DNA of 64,000 nt, taken from the NCBI GenBank assembly GCA_951406725.2, contig OX597820.1, positions 120,218,001-120,282,000 on the forward strand, written 5' to 3'. The DNA comes from Octopus vulgaris (Eukaryota). This document shows positions 50,421 to 64,000 of the stretch, piece by piece (positions within the stretch are counted from its first letter, which is position 1; each line of letters starts with the position of its first letter). Under the pieces are notes generated by a model. It ran no database searches and was not told the DNA's origin. It saw nothing but the letters and a program-made list of their open reading frames with translations. The position numbers and the translations under genes are program-made.

Positions 50421-53400
50421 AATATTACCATTATTATACTTACTATTACAGTTGCTACTTGTACTCCTAGTGTAACCATAATCTTCCTCACTTTCGTAAT
50501 CATCCTCACCACAGCTAGTCAAAACTTCCATGAGAACCATCTTCAAAGAGCTGTGTTATATAACTGCGTAGAAATACTTTGGTGAGCGTCGCCGCCTCAC
50601 ATGTACTAACGTCAAGTTACTCAGTCTGATGCCCCGTCACATCTGGCAGGATAAAGCATATTAGGTGGCAGTATTTACACCAAAAAACTAGGGTAGGAAG
50701 AGCGGCAACGGTCAACAGCAAATGTAGAAGAGTCCAAAAAGACTAACGAACAGGTGTCCGTGACTGAAGGTCGGGAACACTATACTTCATGAATCGCAGC
50801 TAGCAGTCATGGGTGACTGCTCCATTTACAGTTTGTTTTCTAAATGCAAGTGATTGTTCTTCAGGTGAGAAAACTGAAGCTATGGAAAAAGTTCGAAGTG
50901 CAAAAGCAGACTTGCTGGAGTTCTTTGTTTGCTCCAAGTGTCGCTCATTGCGAGTGCGCCTAAGTCTACCTAAGGAAAATGAAGATTAACTGCTTCAGGA
51001 TAATGAGAATATTATTGATTTAAAGAACAAATTCTAGATCATGTTTATCATGATGATAACGATTAACATTTTGCATAAAATTCATAATGTCTACTTGATA
51101 CATAAGCTGTGCTATAATTGGTGGCATTTCTTAAATTAGAAAGTCCTCGTCTTCAAATAGGGGATAACTAATATCATCTAATTTTAAAACAACATCTCAA
51201 ACATTAGGAATGCAATGAAGCCTCGCTCAAAATGCTTCAATCCTCAATACTTGTGTTCCATTATTTTTTGTATTGCTTCTATTAATCTTTTAGTTTTAAA
51301 ATTAATTGTAAGGGTTCTTGTTATATTTGAAAATAAAATTAGTTTAATCTTTCTCCGATCTACCTCATTACTGGAAAGGATAATGCATCCTACACCATGT
51401 TCAGAACTAAAACACTTACCAACATCTCTAATGCCAAATGCGCCCCACAGAGACACACACCTAGAATTAATTGGTATTTGATTCTAGTTGGCATTTTATG
51501 ATCTTTTTTCAATTTTGAAAGGCAATCAAAACTGCAATAATCTTTACAACAAATTTACTTCGGAGTTCGTCCTGTAATTCTGTTGATGGAGCAAGGCTAT
51601 AGATATTATCCATGCACTCTTCTTTCTGCTTCCCCCGAATATGTCAGTGAATTAGATTTTAATGAGACACTAAGGACATGATAATAAACTGATTTCTATT
51701 GATAATACAGTCTTATCAGAAAACAATTTTCATTGACAGGATGGACTTCCCCATATGTGCTGCCCACCGTATTCTTGAAACTAAACAGACTAACACATTT
51801 TGCGTAATTTTGATATTACCAATCTTTTTGCCTATTTTCCTGCTACAATGAAGTAAACCGTTTCGTTATTAGGTTGTAGTATGCAGTAGAATAATAAAAA
51901 CGAAGAAATGAAATAAGTGAAGATGTTTTGATAAACTCCACAGTAAGTTTACTCGTTTGGTTTCCTCATCTCAACGATACTCACCCATTTTACTCAATTT
52001 TGACAGAAATGAATGATTATTCACTTATTCAAATAATACTACAAAAGTTCAAATATATAACTCTTTCGCATTACCATTTGCGTGCTAAATCTCATATAAC
52101 ATACTTAAATTATGAAAAACAAAATCGCCAGAAAAAAAAAAACTAGCGTAATATTAAATTGGTTATTTCCATTAAGCACGCCTAATATTTGTCTTTTGTC
52201 TTTCTTTCACTCGCTCGTTTCATAACTAATACTACCTTTGTTTATTGACAAATATTCAAATGTGAATATAACTTCATTACCCGTTATAATATTTCTGTAG
52301 TATTCCCAGCCTCTCCAACAATACTTTTCTATTGAGGCGGGTTAAGGGATTATCACCTGTACAGCAAGTCGCAACATATACATAATTAGTAAAAGTATTG
52401 ATCCGGACTAAATTTTCCAACTGGAATTTTAAAAATTAGCAATTTCTTAGAAGCATTTTAATCCAAAACTTTTCAGTAATTTGACACAAAACAATAGGAG
52501 ATCAAATTCCAGTCTTATTTAAATCATTGAGTTCTTAACCTGTTAAATGCTTGAACAAATATTCAGTGTGTAATCTAGTTTCAAATTTAAACTAAATGTT
52601 GCGAGTTTCCATCAAATTAATGCATATTGCTAAACAATAGACATCCTAACTGGCTCTACTAATTGAATTAAAAGTTACTGAGGCCAATTGAACATTTATT
52701 GGTGCAATTATTTGGTATATTCTTGGTTATAATTAGTTTGCTTTTCCAAAACATGTTTGATGCATCACTTATAACTAATAAATGATCTGCTATTTCGATA
52801 CAAAGTCTGTACCAGAATTGATGTTAGTATATGGAGTACCCTAAATAATAAACAATCATTTCATGCCTTATTCGTTAATTATAGGTTGCACCAACATTTT
52901 ACTAAACTATAATTTGCATTACGTTAACGTCTATTGATTTTAATGAAAATATAAACTATTTTTACTGTATGTTTATTCATTCTTGTTGCAGATACGTAGC
53001 TTTAAAAAACATACGATATCATTGCTGAACACCAATTTGATGTCCATAAAAAAATTAGAGAAAATAATTTTCCTTTATATTATAACATATGTTCATCCCA
53101 AACCGAAATAAGTTTTTTCCTTCCAAAAACGTCCTGATCTTTTCTAAGGCATCTTACTCAGTAGCTTTAAGCATTTTATTTCATTACTCATCTTCTGACA
53201 TGACTAATTCGTCATCACCATCTGGAATCACTGGTTGTAGGCATGGATGGGATAGATCAATTAGCAGTAACAGCAACAAGGTCTCGTAAACCCAGGAATG
53301 ATTAAAATGAAATGGCCATCAAAATGCATATAAATATACGTAGTAAGGCGAGCGTTGCTGTACCTTTCGTAAACGACTGTTATTTAAACAGATAAGATTA

Positions 53401-55419
53401 TGAATAAAAATGGAGTCGTGAGGGCGGTGAGAATTGCCGATGGCACATATCACTCTGGCGCAGGAAATGGTAATTTAAGCAAAGTGTAAAGAGTTCCTAT
53501 ACTATAAGACTACTGTAATACACTGTCCAACGGATAGCAATACATTTGTAATATATCTTTTCCATTTGGTATTCGCCTTTCCTTAGCAGACAGTTAACTG
53601 AAATATATGGAAGAAGACTTCAAACGCGCATTCGCCAATTTATCAGAAGTACCAGCAGAAACATGATAAATCTGTGAAATGCCGATGAAAGTATCTGAGT
53701 CGGAGGGTAGTGAATATCTGTGCCAGAGGAAAATTGCTCGAAATGTTTGTCTTTTCTCTTTTTCCTTTTTTATCAGAACATTATTCAAACACGCAATATT
53801 TCACTTTTGTCTTGTTTATGCATGTTGCAGATAGCTGCAATCTACGCTCTCCATGCAGGGTACATTGAAATATTGATACGCCATAATAGAAATGACTGAT
53901 ATTGGATATTGTTACATGTAAAAAATAACTATACCCAACTGTTACAACTATATGATTTCTGCTGATATAAGAATCCAATATCAGATCAATGTTATACGTA
54001 TTTACGCAGCAATTAAGTTTACATTGGTTACCGATATTAAAAAGTTGATGATTTTATTTATATTTACTAATTTATATCAGAGTGAGGAAACAGATGTCAC
54101 TGCACTTCACTAAAGATGCAGAGGTGCATATACACTTTCGCGCGAAATGATAACTTGATTGGAATAATTCTCTCTTCTTGAGAGAATGTCGTGTAGTCCG
54201 TGAAGGTGATTTTCGGAAGGAAGGTTGCCAAATGACGGGGTAATGCTGAGGGGTTATATTTACCCAAACAGGAAACATCCGAGAATATGGACGAATTTTC
54301 TGTCATCTCCTTATGCAGGTTAGAGAGCAATATTTTTTTCTGTAATATGTCCCAGATACTCATTAAACTTTGTAGAGTACCACAGCAATTGACATCTCGC
54401 TACAGAGAGAATGCACACCAATTGTCCTTACTTGCTGGAAACACACACACACGTGCCTATAGAGCTCAAGAAAACATGATAGAAATATGATTTGGTAACA
54501 CTGTGATTTGAACTTGCAATGCCTACGGTTCGATGTCACTTAGACAGCTTAAACTCTAACATCATGAGTACTGTGTTTCTCATTACGTAAAAGAGCTGCA
54601 AAGCCCCATAGCATGATTTTCAAGAGAAGTCACCAACAATCCTGCTCCAAGGGGGAGACAGATTCGATTCCGCCTACCACACAGAATTCAGTGACAAGTA
54701 TACAGAATTTCTTCGAAGACTGTGACTCAGTCAAATCGACAAGAGCAAATCTGGAAAGAGAGCTGGGCGTTGGCTGAGGTCTGTAGACATCCCTAGACTA
54801 CAATAAATTTTGTAGGGTTAGATTTAAGTGAAAAGGATCCTCATTTCCCATGAGAGTCGTAGGGTGAGGATTGAATAGCCCCCTTCGCAGATAACTTGGT
54901 TTGCCTCACTGTTTCAGCCACATCTGGCAGTATGACAGCAGCATCAATCTCAGATTTCCATTTAATTTTGTTAGGGATGAAGAATTATTGCTACAGTGGG
55001 GAACAAAACCAAATGTGATACAACAGTTGATAGACAGCAAAGTATTTTGGTGCGGGCATCTCAAGGAGAAAAATAAGGATACAAGAGAACAAATGCAATC
55101 AAGCTAGTAGATGATTAGCTGAAAACTCCCTCCATAGGGTAAACATAATGAAACGACAGGGTATCTGAAGGAATTAGATAGCACAGAATGTCGATATATG
55201 GGACATCAGGAAGTGGAAAGAGCAGGTAATCAAGTTCTTCAACGACGGACTTTATGATTTTCTCATCAACACTTCCAAATTATTTATAGGAGGTTCTCCA
55301 GCTTTCTTCTAAGGCAGGAATGCTGTGGAAAGCCTTATGCTGCTGCTCAAATGCTAAAGAACTTATGGCGGCGCAACTGCCAAAAGATGTATATATATAT
55401 GTATAAATATATGTATATA

Positions 55420-55519
<100 letters not shown>

Positions 55520-55541
55520 TGTATGTATGTATGTATGTATG

Positions 55542-55637
<96 letters not shown>

Positions 55638-55643
55638 TGTTTA

Positions 55644-55792
55644 GGTGGAGGTGCAATGGCCCAGTGATTAGGGCAGCGGACTCGCGGTTGTAGGATCGCG
55701 TTGTAAGTGTTTATTGAATGAAAACACCTAAACCTCCACGAGGCTCCGGCAAGGGGTGGTGGCGATCCCCGCTGTACTCTTTCGCCACAACT
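55644..55792 (+). mobile_element. SINE family C, partial
   Basis: GGTGGAGGTGCAATGGCCCAGTGATTAGGGCAGCGGACTCGCGG head; B-box region deleted; truncated at CCACAAC. Confidence 0.85.
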
Positions 55793-56574
55793 ATATATAT
55801 TGATTTAAGTACACAACCCAGGTATCTCAGATTTCCTGGGATTTACCTCAGGTTGGCAACGAGGTAGATCACTGTTTTGGAAACTTGAACTGAATTTTGA
55901 TAGAATTCCATTGCATATAATATATTGTGAATTATATTCCTGGTTCTCCATGTTGTGTGTTAAATGCTTGCAAAAGAAACAAACTTAAACAGGCAGGTAC
56001 AAATATTCCCATCACAGACAGACTCAGGTACGTGAAATTGCGTGTATTTAAATATAAGATATACATCTCTTCGTAACCGTCTCTTTGTATAGGACTCTGT
56101 AGTTCTGTATTATTGTAGCAGATAGTGAGATCTGATTTACAAGATTTATACTCATTAAATGACCAGTTACTCATTTCACAAAAGTATTTCGTGCACAATC
56201 GATAAGAAATACACCGCGAAGCAGACAGATTCACAAATTTGGAAGCAAGATTAGCAAAACATATAAATATAAGAATAAAGTTAAGCTATCTACGATGTAT
56301 GTTAGACTAGCACATATTTTTTTATAACGTAAATGCGCAAACATTAAACCGTAGTGAAGAATATAAATAGAGATATATTTAATTGCTGCATCGTCTATTT
56401 TGATATTAGCCAAATGAACATGTGTATGTTTAACAAGCACTCACACATATACACACACAAACGCAAAAACGCACAAACACAAATATATTCATATATATAT
56501 ATAATTTTAGATATACATACATACCCACACACATACATATATATATATATATATACATACACATATACATATAT

Positions 56575-56613
<39 letters not shown>

Positions 56614-56643
56614 CACACACATACATATATATATATATATGTA

Positions 56644-56697
<54 letters not shown>

Positions 56698-56976
56698 CCT
56701 GACAAACAAAACTATTGAAAAAACCAGAAAAATATTACATCTCCCGGAATTAGTTCCAATATTTAATCTAGTTGCTCGTCTACAATGATTGCATTATCGA
56801 ATACCCATGTTGCTCTCTGGAGCCAAAAAGTTCTCGTAAAATCCATGGTTTAGAGATAAAAGGAATCCATGAAAGGAACAAAAAAAAAAAAAAAGAATGC
56901 AGCACCACAATTATAATGTGAAGGGAAGATATAGTAGAAAGCAAATATCTATCAACAACACAAACACTTCCACAGA

Positions 56977-57022
<46 letters not shown>

Positions 57023-57099
57023 TATGCACATAAATGCACGTAAATTTCCAGATATCATATAAACCAATATTGATAATCGCATATGGCGTGTCAGTGTAA

Positions 57100-58640
57100 A
57101 ATATAAACGATGCCATCCATTGGTATGCCGAGAATAAGGTTTCGAAATTTCACTCCAGGTTTTTTACATCCCATTGTTTGAAATGCACACCCTACAGTTT
57201 GTTGTTTTGTCTAAGATTCCAACTGATATATGGTTACCCGTCTGGAAAATCTTATATCCTAAATCACATCACTGGTTCTCGGTGATGGATCGATTGAGTC
57301 GTGAATGGCTGTATATTAATCCAAAGTATAGACAGAAGTACGTCCACAAGCCACCAATTTGACTTTTAGGAAAGGTTTCTACTCCTGGGCTTCTAGATAG
57401 GGGTATCCACCCTGCTTTCATCCAATTGTTGCAATATCCTCCAACTTACACATAAAAGCAAGCAATTTATTGTTTCTCTTCGAAACCATAGAAACGATTT
57501 GGTCGCCACTGCAGAGGGCATGTTCTCCAGCTAGCATTCTACATGCAATCTGCCACAGCAGATGCTAGGAAATTTACTAATGACTGTCGGTTACATCAGA
57601 TTCGTTGTCACAGCAATGAGATGAGATTTCCCCACACATTCTTAAGGCTGCAAACTGACGCGACTGGACCTATACCTTTCGTGGTTTGCCCCGCTTCTTC
57701 GCCGCTCAAACGTCTCAATCTGCATCTCTTTCGCTTGCTGAGACGTACGTATCAGATACATTCTCTGCTCTCTACTTATAGCCTCCTTGTCTTCTTTTTC
57801 TGCGCAAACTGCAACACTGGATCATCTGCGCGACCTTAAAAAGGTTATCAAAAATTTTTTTATTGGAGGTGACAGAGACCCAGCACATATCGTTACAAGT
57901 AATGTGAACCTCGACCAACTGTAAAGATTGTGCTACTTATGGCTGCTTTCACTAAGTTTAGTTGTTTCAGATTATGATGTCCTGTAAACATTTCTAACAG
58001 CTATTTTTGTCTGTTTTATTGCGGTTTCTACAGTTGTCCATTCTAGTCTAGGTTTGGATATAGCTAACGGGTTATTAGCCGCACTGTTTGGAAATGACAC
58101 AGTCTGATCTCTTCCTTCCATGTCAAGGAGACTGAATCGATAGATGCCTCTTGTACAGTTAATGAACATCAGCGTCAGAATGTGTTCGTTAAAAATCTGA
58201 TAATATCGCTTGCAGAGGCGCCCGACATGCTTGTGGGTGAATGATAACCCACAGGTTGTGTGTGTTTCCATCTGCCAAATGTTTATTTCCATATCATCTG
58301 GTCCATTGAAGCAAAAACTTTAGAGTAGCTGCGTTTTCTTGATTTATTGTTTGTATTTGTGTGCGCTAGCAATGCTCCTGCAGATTTTTGTTTTGTTGTA
58401 CGTCTTGTTGATGGTAGCGTTACAATTAAGTTTTGCATTTCCTGAGTTTGAAGTGGATGGGATTCATGTGGAATAGGGAAGCCATGTGGGTTCATATAGA
58501 GAGAGTGTAGCATTTTAAAGCTTTTATTTTTTTTCCTTGGTTGCCCAAAGTTCTCGCAATATTGCTTCTCCACATCAGTTAGATCCAATGCATGTGTATT
58601 CGGTAGGGTTTCCTTGTGTACCCATGCATGTGTCAAGATA
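57100..58640 (-). pseudogene. Heavily decayed LINE (RTE-like) reverse transcriptase remnant
   Basis: SYSKVFASMDQMIWK resembles RT motif DYSKAFDSVDH..LW; the segment near 57630-57680 resembles RRIGxAxSxFxxLxxVW. Confidence 0.45.
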
Positions 58641-60161
58641 GAAAAGAAGAGGGTAGAAGGGGAACATAAGGGAGGGAATTAGAATTGGAATTTTCCTGGG
58701 TAGTTAGTATTGATTCTGTTGTTGTTGTTGTTGTTAGTTGCTATTGTTGGTTTTGTTGTTGTCAGAACTGCAGCTACAATTGTCTACGACTGTTTCCTTC
58801 ACTGCAGCTACTGCTGATTTTACGTCTAATTGGTGATGTTGTTGGTGGTGGATGTGGCGAATCCTATTGACAGAATTCATTTAAGTGATTTACAGCACCG
58901 TACATCTGGTATCTTAGCCTTAACTCTTCAACGTCCGCATGTAACGCAACGCCCTATCTTACACATATCTACCAGTTTAATCTGGAGAACGTTTTACCCT
59001 GTGATTTCAAATCAAATTCCTATTCAGTTTGCTATATACTGAATATTGTGTCATTGCATTCCAACACAACACAAGCGAAGATCCCAAGACACCCATCCTT
59101 GGTGAAACACACTCAAGCTTAACGTGACATACCCTCCTTTCTAAAATATATTGGATAAAACATGAATTTCCTGTAACCTATGTGATCTTTATAGAGCCTC
59201 AATAAATGGTATACTCTCCTGACAAGGACATGCATTGTCGCGAAACGCCTGGTACTTATCGAATGCTCTATCCACTTCCCAGATATCTTTCAGGGGTCTT
59301 TCCAGATTAGAATGTCCTTCTGTTTCTATGTGTGTGTTTCCTGCCACACACCGATACAGCACCATATTCCGAGCAGTGGTGCCAAATCGTCCGCTGTTTT
59401 TTGCGAATTCACTTTCAAATTTTGTGCTAACTAATTAGATGATTTAGAAGTATTTTCTCGCTTTGCCGCCACACCAGTAGATTATTGCCTAATTGTGATT
59501 TCTCCCCACTACTTATTGTCTTCGCCTTATTTTTGTACTCGTAGCTTCTGTTATTGATTTTACTGCTGCTGATACTCTTGTTCCAGTTTCTCCTGTTGTT
59601 TTTCTTATTGCTGCTGTTCTCTGTTTTTAGTTCCTAGTGTCGAATTATTGTTGTTGCTAGTGTTGTTCTTGTCGTTGATTTCTCGTATTTGTCTGTCTCC
59701 TACCACTACTAAGCATGGCAAACAATTCGCTAATGATTGAGGTGTGGCAAGAGGAATAGCTACCATTCAATGTCTCGACCTGAGGATTTATTCCCTTATC
59801 TGGAACTGCATATAATACAGCTGCCGTGATTCTTTATTTAACCATGATATTAAACCTTAAAATTTTACGATTTCATGAACTTCCTTCTTGTTACAGAGGT
59901 GCCTTGTATGATTTAGATTCAATCCCACTCACTTCATAAAACGATGTAGGAGTCCTTATTGAATGAAACATCTAAGCCTTTGGAAACAAATTCAAGGATA
60001 TTTCCAATAAAAAACAACAAATCTTTTACCAGCGGAAATGAAGCACCTCCAACACAGAGCAATCACAGCAAGAGAAACTACAGGAAGAATCGTTTCAAAT
60101 TTTGCTGCAAAGTTTTTGCCTCCAGTTTCCAAATGGTACTTATAGATCAGATGTGCAGAGG

Positions 60162-60209
<48 letters not shown>

Positions 60210-61074
60210 CGAATGAGAGAGAGAGAGAAAGGAAAGTGATAGTCTCTATGATTTTGGCAGATACATATTCATCAAATCAAAGTAAGTACAAGCCATATGG
60301 TTACTATCAACATTAATCGACACAGTATTTGAATTTTATAAAATATATCGTGCAATATGGAACTCTCATCTAAACTGTAGAGTTAAAGTCAAACCAAATT
60401 GGAAATTTCGTTCACACACACACCTTCTCACACTAATTCTTGTTTTGTTCAATGTGCCAGTCAATTTTAAATCTATGCATTATACCAGTAATCAACTTGT
60501 AAATTGAGTCTTACTTACAAATAATGTTGCTTGATTATTTTATTTAATAAAATTTCATTTTCACACTAGACATTGTTTCACTGTGTGAATTTGACATAAT
60601 TTATTCTTTAGGGAATGTAGGTAACATACCATTATTAGTCTACGTTTCAACATCGCCACATTTCTTGTTTGTAATCATATTACACTCAAAGTAATCTATG
60701 AATATACGGTATTTATATATTTCCCAAAGAATGTGTAGATAAACAGCAGCTTTGCTAATTGTTATCGGGAAAGTCATTTGAATTATACATTTGTCTGACA
60801 AGTTTTATCTCAAGATCCTACATGAATAAGATTTCAAACTTACCAACGAGTAACAAACGAAATGGATATACTTCATAATATAGGAGAAAATTACAAGGAA
60901 AGTTTAATAACTGTGTGAAACGAAAGAAAGCGACGCCTCACTGAAAGAATGTAACCTATGATAAAGCCAAAATGTTTGTGACTATCTAAACATATATATG
61001 TGTGTGTGTGTGTTTGCATATGTAATAAGTAGACCATCTATGTGTGTTTGCATATGTAATAAGCAGACCATCTA

Positions 61075-61485
61075 TGGCTGTGTGGTAAGTAGCTTGCTTA
61101 CGAGCCACATGGTTCAGGGTGCAGTCCCGCTGCGTGGCACCTTCGGCAACTGTCTTCTACTATAGTCACGGGTCAACAAAATCCTTGTGAGTGGATTTGG
61201 GAGACAGAAACTGAAAGAAGCCTGTCGTTTATATGAATATGTATATATGTGTGTGTGTTTGTTTGTGTGTCTGTGTTTGTCCCCCCAACATCACTTGACA
61301 ACTGATGCTGGTGTGTTTACGTCCACGTAACTTAGCGGTTCGGCAAAAGAGACCGATAGAATAAGTACTGGGCTTACAAAGAATAAGTCCTGGGGTCGAT
61401 TTGCTCGTCTAAAGTCGGTGTGCCAGCATGGCCGCAGTCAAATGACTGAAACAATTAAAAAAAGTAAAAAAGTAAGTAAAGTAAG
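61075..61485 (+). mobile_element. SINE family A, head slightly truncated, preceded by a 34-bp tandem duplication
   Basis: Colinear with family A; 61007-61040 is repeated at 61041-61074. Confidence 0.88.
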
Positions 61486-61489
61486 TATA

Positions 61490-61558
<69 letters not shown>

Positions 61559-61684
61559 TGATTAGGAGCAAAATAACCAACAAGTATATGCAGAGGTAAT
61601 GCAGTACGATAGTTATATTTCACCGGCGAGCACAAAGCCACAGACAAGATAGAAAATGCGAAAATAATTTTATAAAGAACAATT

Positions 61685-61720
61685 CAGTACCGGTTTCAGT
61701 CATTGAGGCTTTTTCAACTG
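61685..61720 (-). ncRNA. Minimal type I hammerhead-like motif, variant core TTGAAAA
   Basis: Minus strand: CAG-TTGAAAA-AGCC..GACT-GAAA-CCGG(palindrome)-TA-CTG. Confidence 0.45.
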
Positions 61721-61874
61721 TAAGTATGGAAAATAATTAAATTTTGAAAAATTAAAAGAAAAGTATTTTTTAAAGGAGTATTTGTATAGTTTTTCAAAAG
61801 CAAGTGGCATTTTTCCTTGTTTCTGCCTGTCTCTCTCTCTGTCTTGTTGACACTTGTGGGTTCGAGGTCGTTGT

Positions 61875-61989
61875 GAAGAAGAAGAAGAAAAAGAAGAAGA
61901 AGAAGAAGAAGAAGAAGAAGAAGAAGAAGAAGAAGAAGAAGAAGAAGAAGAAGAAGAAGAAGAAGAAGAAGAAGAAGAAGAAGAAGAAG

Positions 61990-62021
<32 letters not shown>

Positions 62022-62057
62022 GAAGAAGAAGAAGAAGAAAAAGAAGAAGAAGAAGAA
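61875..62057. repeat. (GAA)n microsatellite, ~61 units
   Basis: Near-perfect GAA run with three variant triplets. Confidence 0.97.
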
Positions 62058-63083
62058 TTACTCCTAGTAATTATTTATTTTCTTGCAGTCTTTACAAAAG
62101 CAGGATCCACATTTTGGGTCTCGAATGCGCAATATAAGTGGGCAACGTAACACGGAATATTTCAATCTGCGGTCGTTTATTTATTTATCCAATTTATAAA
62201 ATAGACAGACATTGATTATATCGTTCTAGATTTGATGGATTGAATCCATCACAGAGGTGACTAGGAAGTCATTTTGCATAAAGGGTTTTCAGTGTTCTGT
62301 CGTTGTTTCACCTACGTATGGATGTCACAAACGTATATACAAATAGCCATAACATTCATAGACATACGAGTTAAAGGAAACACCGGGAAGGAAAAGTTAT
62401 CTGAAAGTAGAAAATGCAAGTAAATGCCAAGAACATGCCGAAACAATATAAATATGTGCGTAAAAGCAATCCAAAACTGTCTTCTCCTCGCAACTATATG
62501 CATCTATCATATAGCATTCTCACTAGAAGCCAAATAATAAAAGTGTTGCTGACATTCAGAAAATTCTAAATATTAACCAAAGACGCAGGAGTGGGAAAAA
62601 AGCAACAACTTGAAAACAATACACAATTTATACGAGAGAAAACCAAAGAACAGTGGAAATTACTTATCACAGTATGGCTTCTGACATGCTACATCTGAGA
62701 AATGAGGAACCTTATGAAAGAAAAATTTCCTTGTCCTAAGGGTGCTACTTGTATATACATCTAGATAGAACTGTACAATCGTACAGGCCACCCTCTCCAC
62801 ACACCCACGCACACAGTATACATACATCTCTGCAAAAATGTTCACCTTTTTGTGGAAACTATAATATTACTTAAATATAGAACTATCCTACACTATGACG
62901 TATACCACCATCGTTATGTACATAACACTATATGTATGTACATAAATATAATACCCTGACTTTAGACCCGCCTTTAATATTTTGCAGTGCATTGAAGTAT
63001 TTAATACAGTTAGATTATTATATAACTATTATATATACGTAAATTATGTACGGATGACACTACCGCAACCACATACATGTGCG

Positions 63084-63119
<36 letters not shown>

Positions 63120-63317
63120 ATGAAATGGATAGATGAATTATCTTGTTACGGATTATTCAAAATTTAACCGATACCTGTGTAGCAAAAATCACACCAGAAA
63201 AGACACGGTTGAGGTTACGACCATGGGGTTTCGCCTTTGCAGCCTTTGAAACATGTGTAGAAAATAATAAAAAGGAATTTTGTAGAATCTTCGTTCGGCT
63301 CCATTTCTTCCCTTCAC

Positions 63318-63367
<50 letters not shown>

Positions 63368-63472
63368 AGAACAAAGTGTACGTATGTCGCTATATATATA
63401 CATATATACAAAATGAGACAAGAACGCAAAACACCTTGATAAATGATACAAAAATCAAGGACAGTCATTCGA

Positions 63473-63538
63473 AGCCTTTCATCTTCAGTCAAGGACCGGA
63501 TCATCCTCGCAATTTTGGCTGATTAATCTTGAAATTGC
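63473..63538 (-). ncRNA. Candidate reverse-permuted hammerhead, copy C
   Basis: Minus strand: GCAA-TT-TCAAG .. AGCC-(A)AAA-TTGC .. CTTGA-CTGAAGA..GGCT; the G of GAAA is retained in copy D. Confidence 0.42.
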
Positions 63539-63657
63539 TCCAATCTGACCAGCCCCAAGGAAAAACTAAGCTAAGAGCATTAGATTCCTTGGAAAAAGGA
63601 TCGAATGTATACGAAACAAGGACGGAAAAACAGACGATGATACACGAATATTATTTT

Positions 63658-63693
<36 letters not shown>

Positions 63694-64000
63694 ATCTTCT
63701 CTACCACTACGAACTTTTCTCCACAAGATTTTTACCTTTACGGATACTTTACCTCTACGGATACTTACCCTCTGGCTGCACCCCTCCTACACACGGATCA
63801 CAGTGACTATACTATATATATATATATATATATATAATCTTACGTGTATGTACCTTTTCGCACATACACTCTGACATACAGACACGCACACATATATGTA
63901 CATACTTACAAAATATCGACAGCTTTGAAAGTCCTAAGGTTATATAAGTCATCAACTGAACCATTTACTAGTAGTAGTAATATATCTCAACTCACCATAA

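Noticed and set aside
50960-52900. Possible very old LINE RT remnants on the minus strand
   Set aside because: Motif hints are too degenerate to support a call.
62316-62712. Possible minus-strand exons (62316-62400 and ~62666-62712) with plausible acceptor and donor sites
   Set aside because: Splicing them gives an immediate stop and no recognisable protein; transcript data are needed.
63190-63266. GAAA-CATGTG-TA half motif like that at 23731
   Set aside because: No matching core or stem I partner could be assigned.

Overview
AT-rich, repeat-dense eukaryotic intergenic or intronic DNA. It is most likely octopus, inferred from its SINE families and its extreme (TA)n/(CA)n microsatellite load. 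I found no credible intact host protein-coding gene; almost all ORFs in the track are microsatellite or SINE artefacts. The window holds three tRNA-derived SINE families (about 25 copies, several nested), four non-autonomous Helitrons, two 8-bp-TSD Merlin-like MITEs carrying TTAGGG repeats, and two hAT MITEs. It also holds a full-length decayed mariner, two further Tc1/mariner fragments, and LINE remnants. Many short fragments, probably from Penelope-like elements (PLEs), sit in (TA)n tracts. About ten of these carry minimal type I hammerhead-ribozyme motifs with variant cores. The main novel observation concerns three sequence-divergent elements (16176-16236, 24999-25057, 63473-63538; partial copy 26131-26185). 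Each contains all three hammerhead core strands with covarying stems I and III, but in the reverse cyclic order to types I/II/III. This implies a pseudoknotted, reverse-permuted hammerhead topology. All structures were read by eye and none has been tested.
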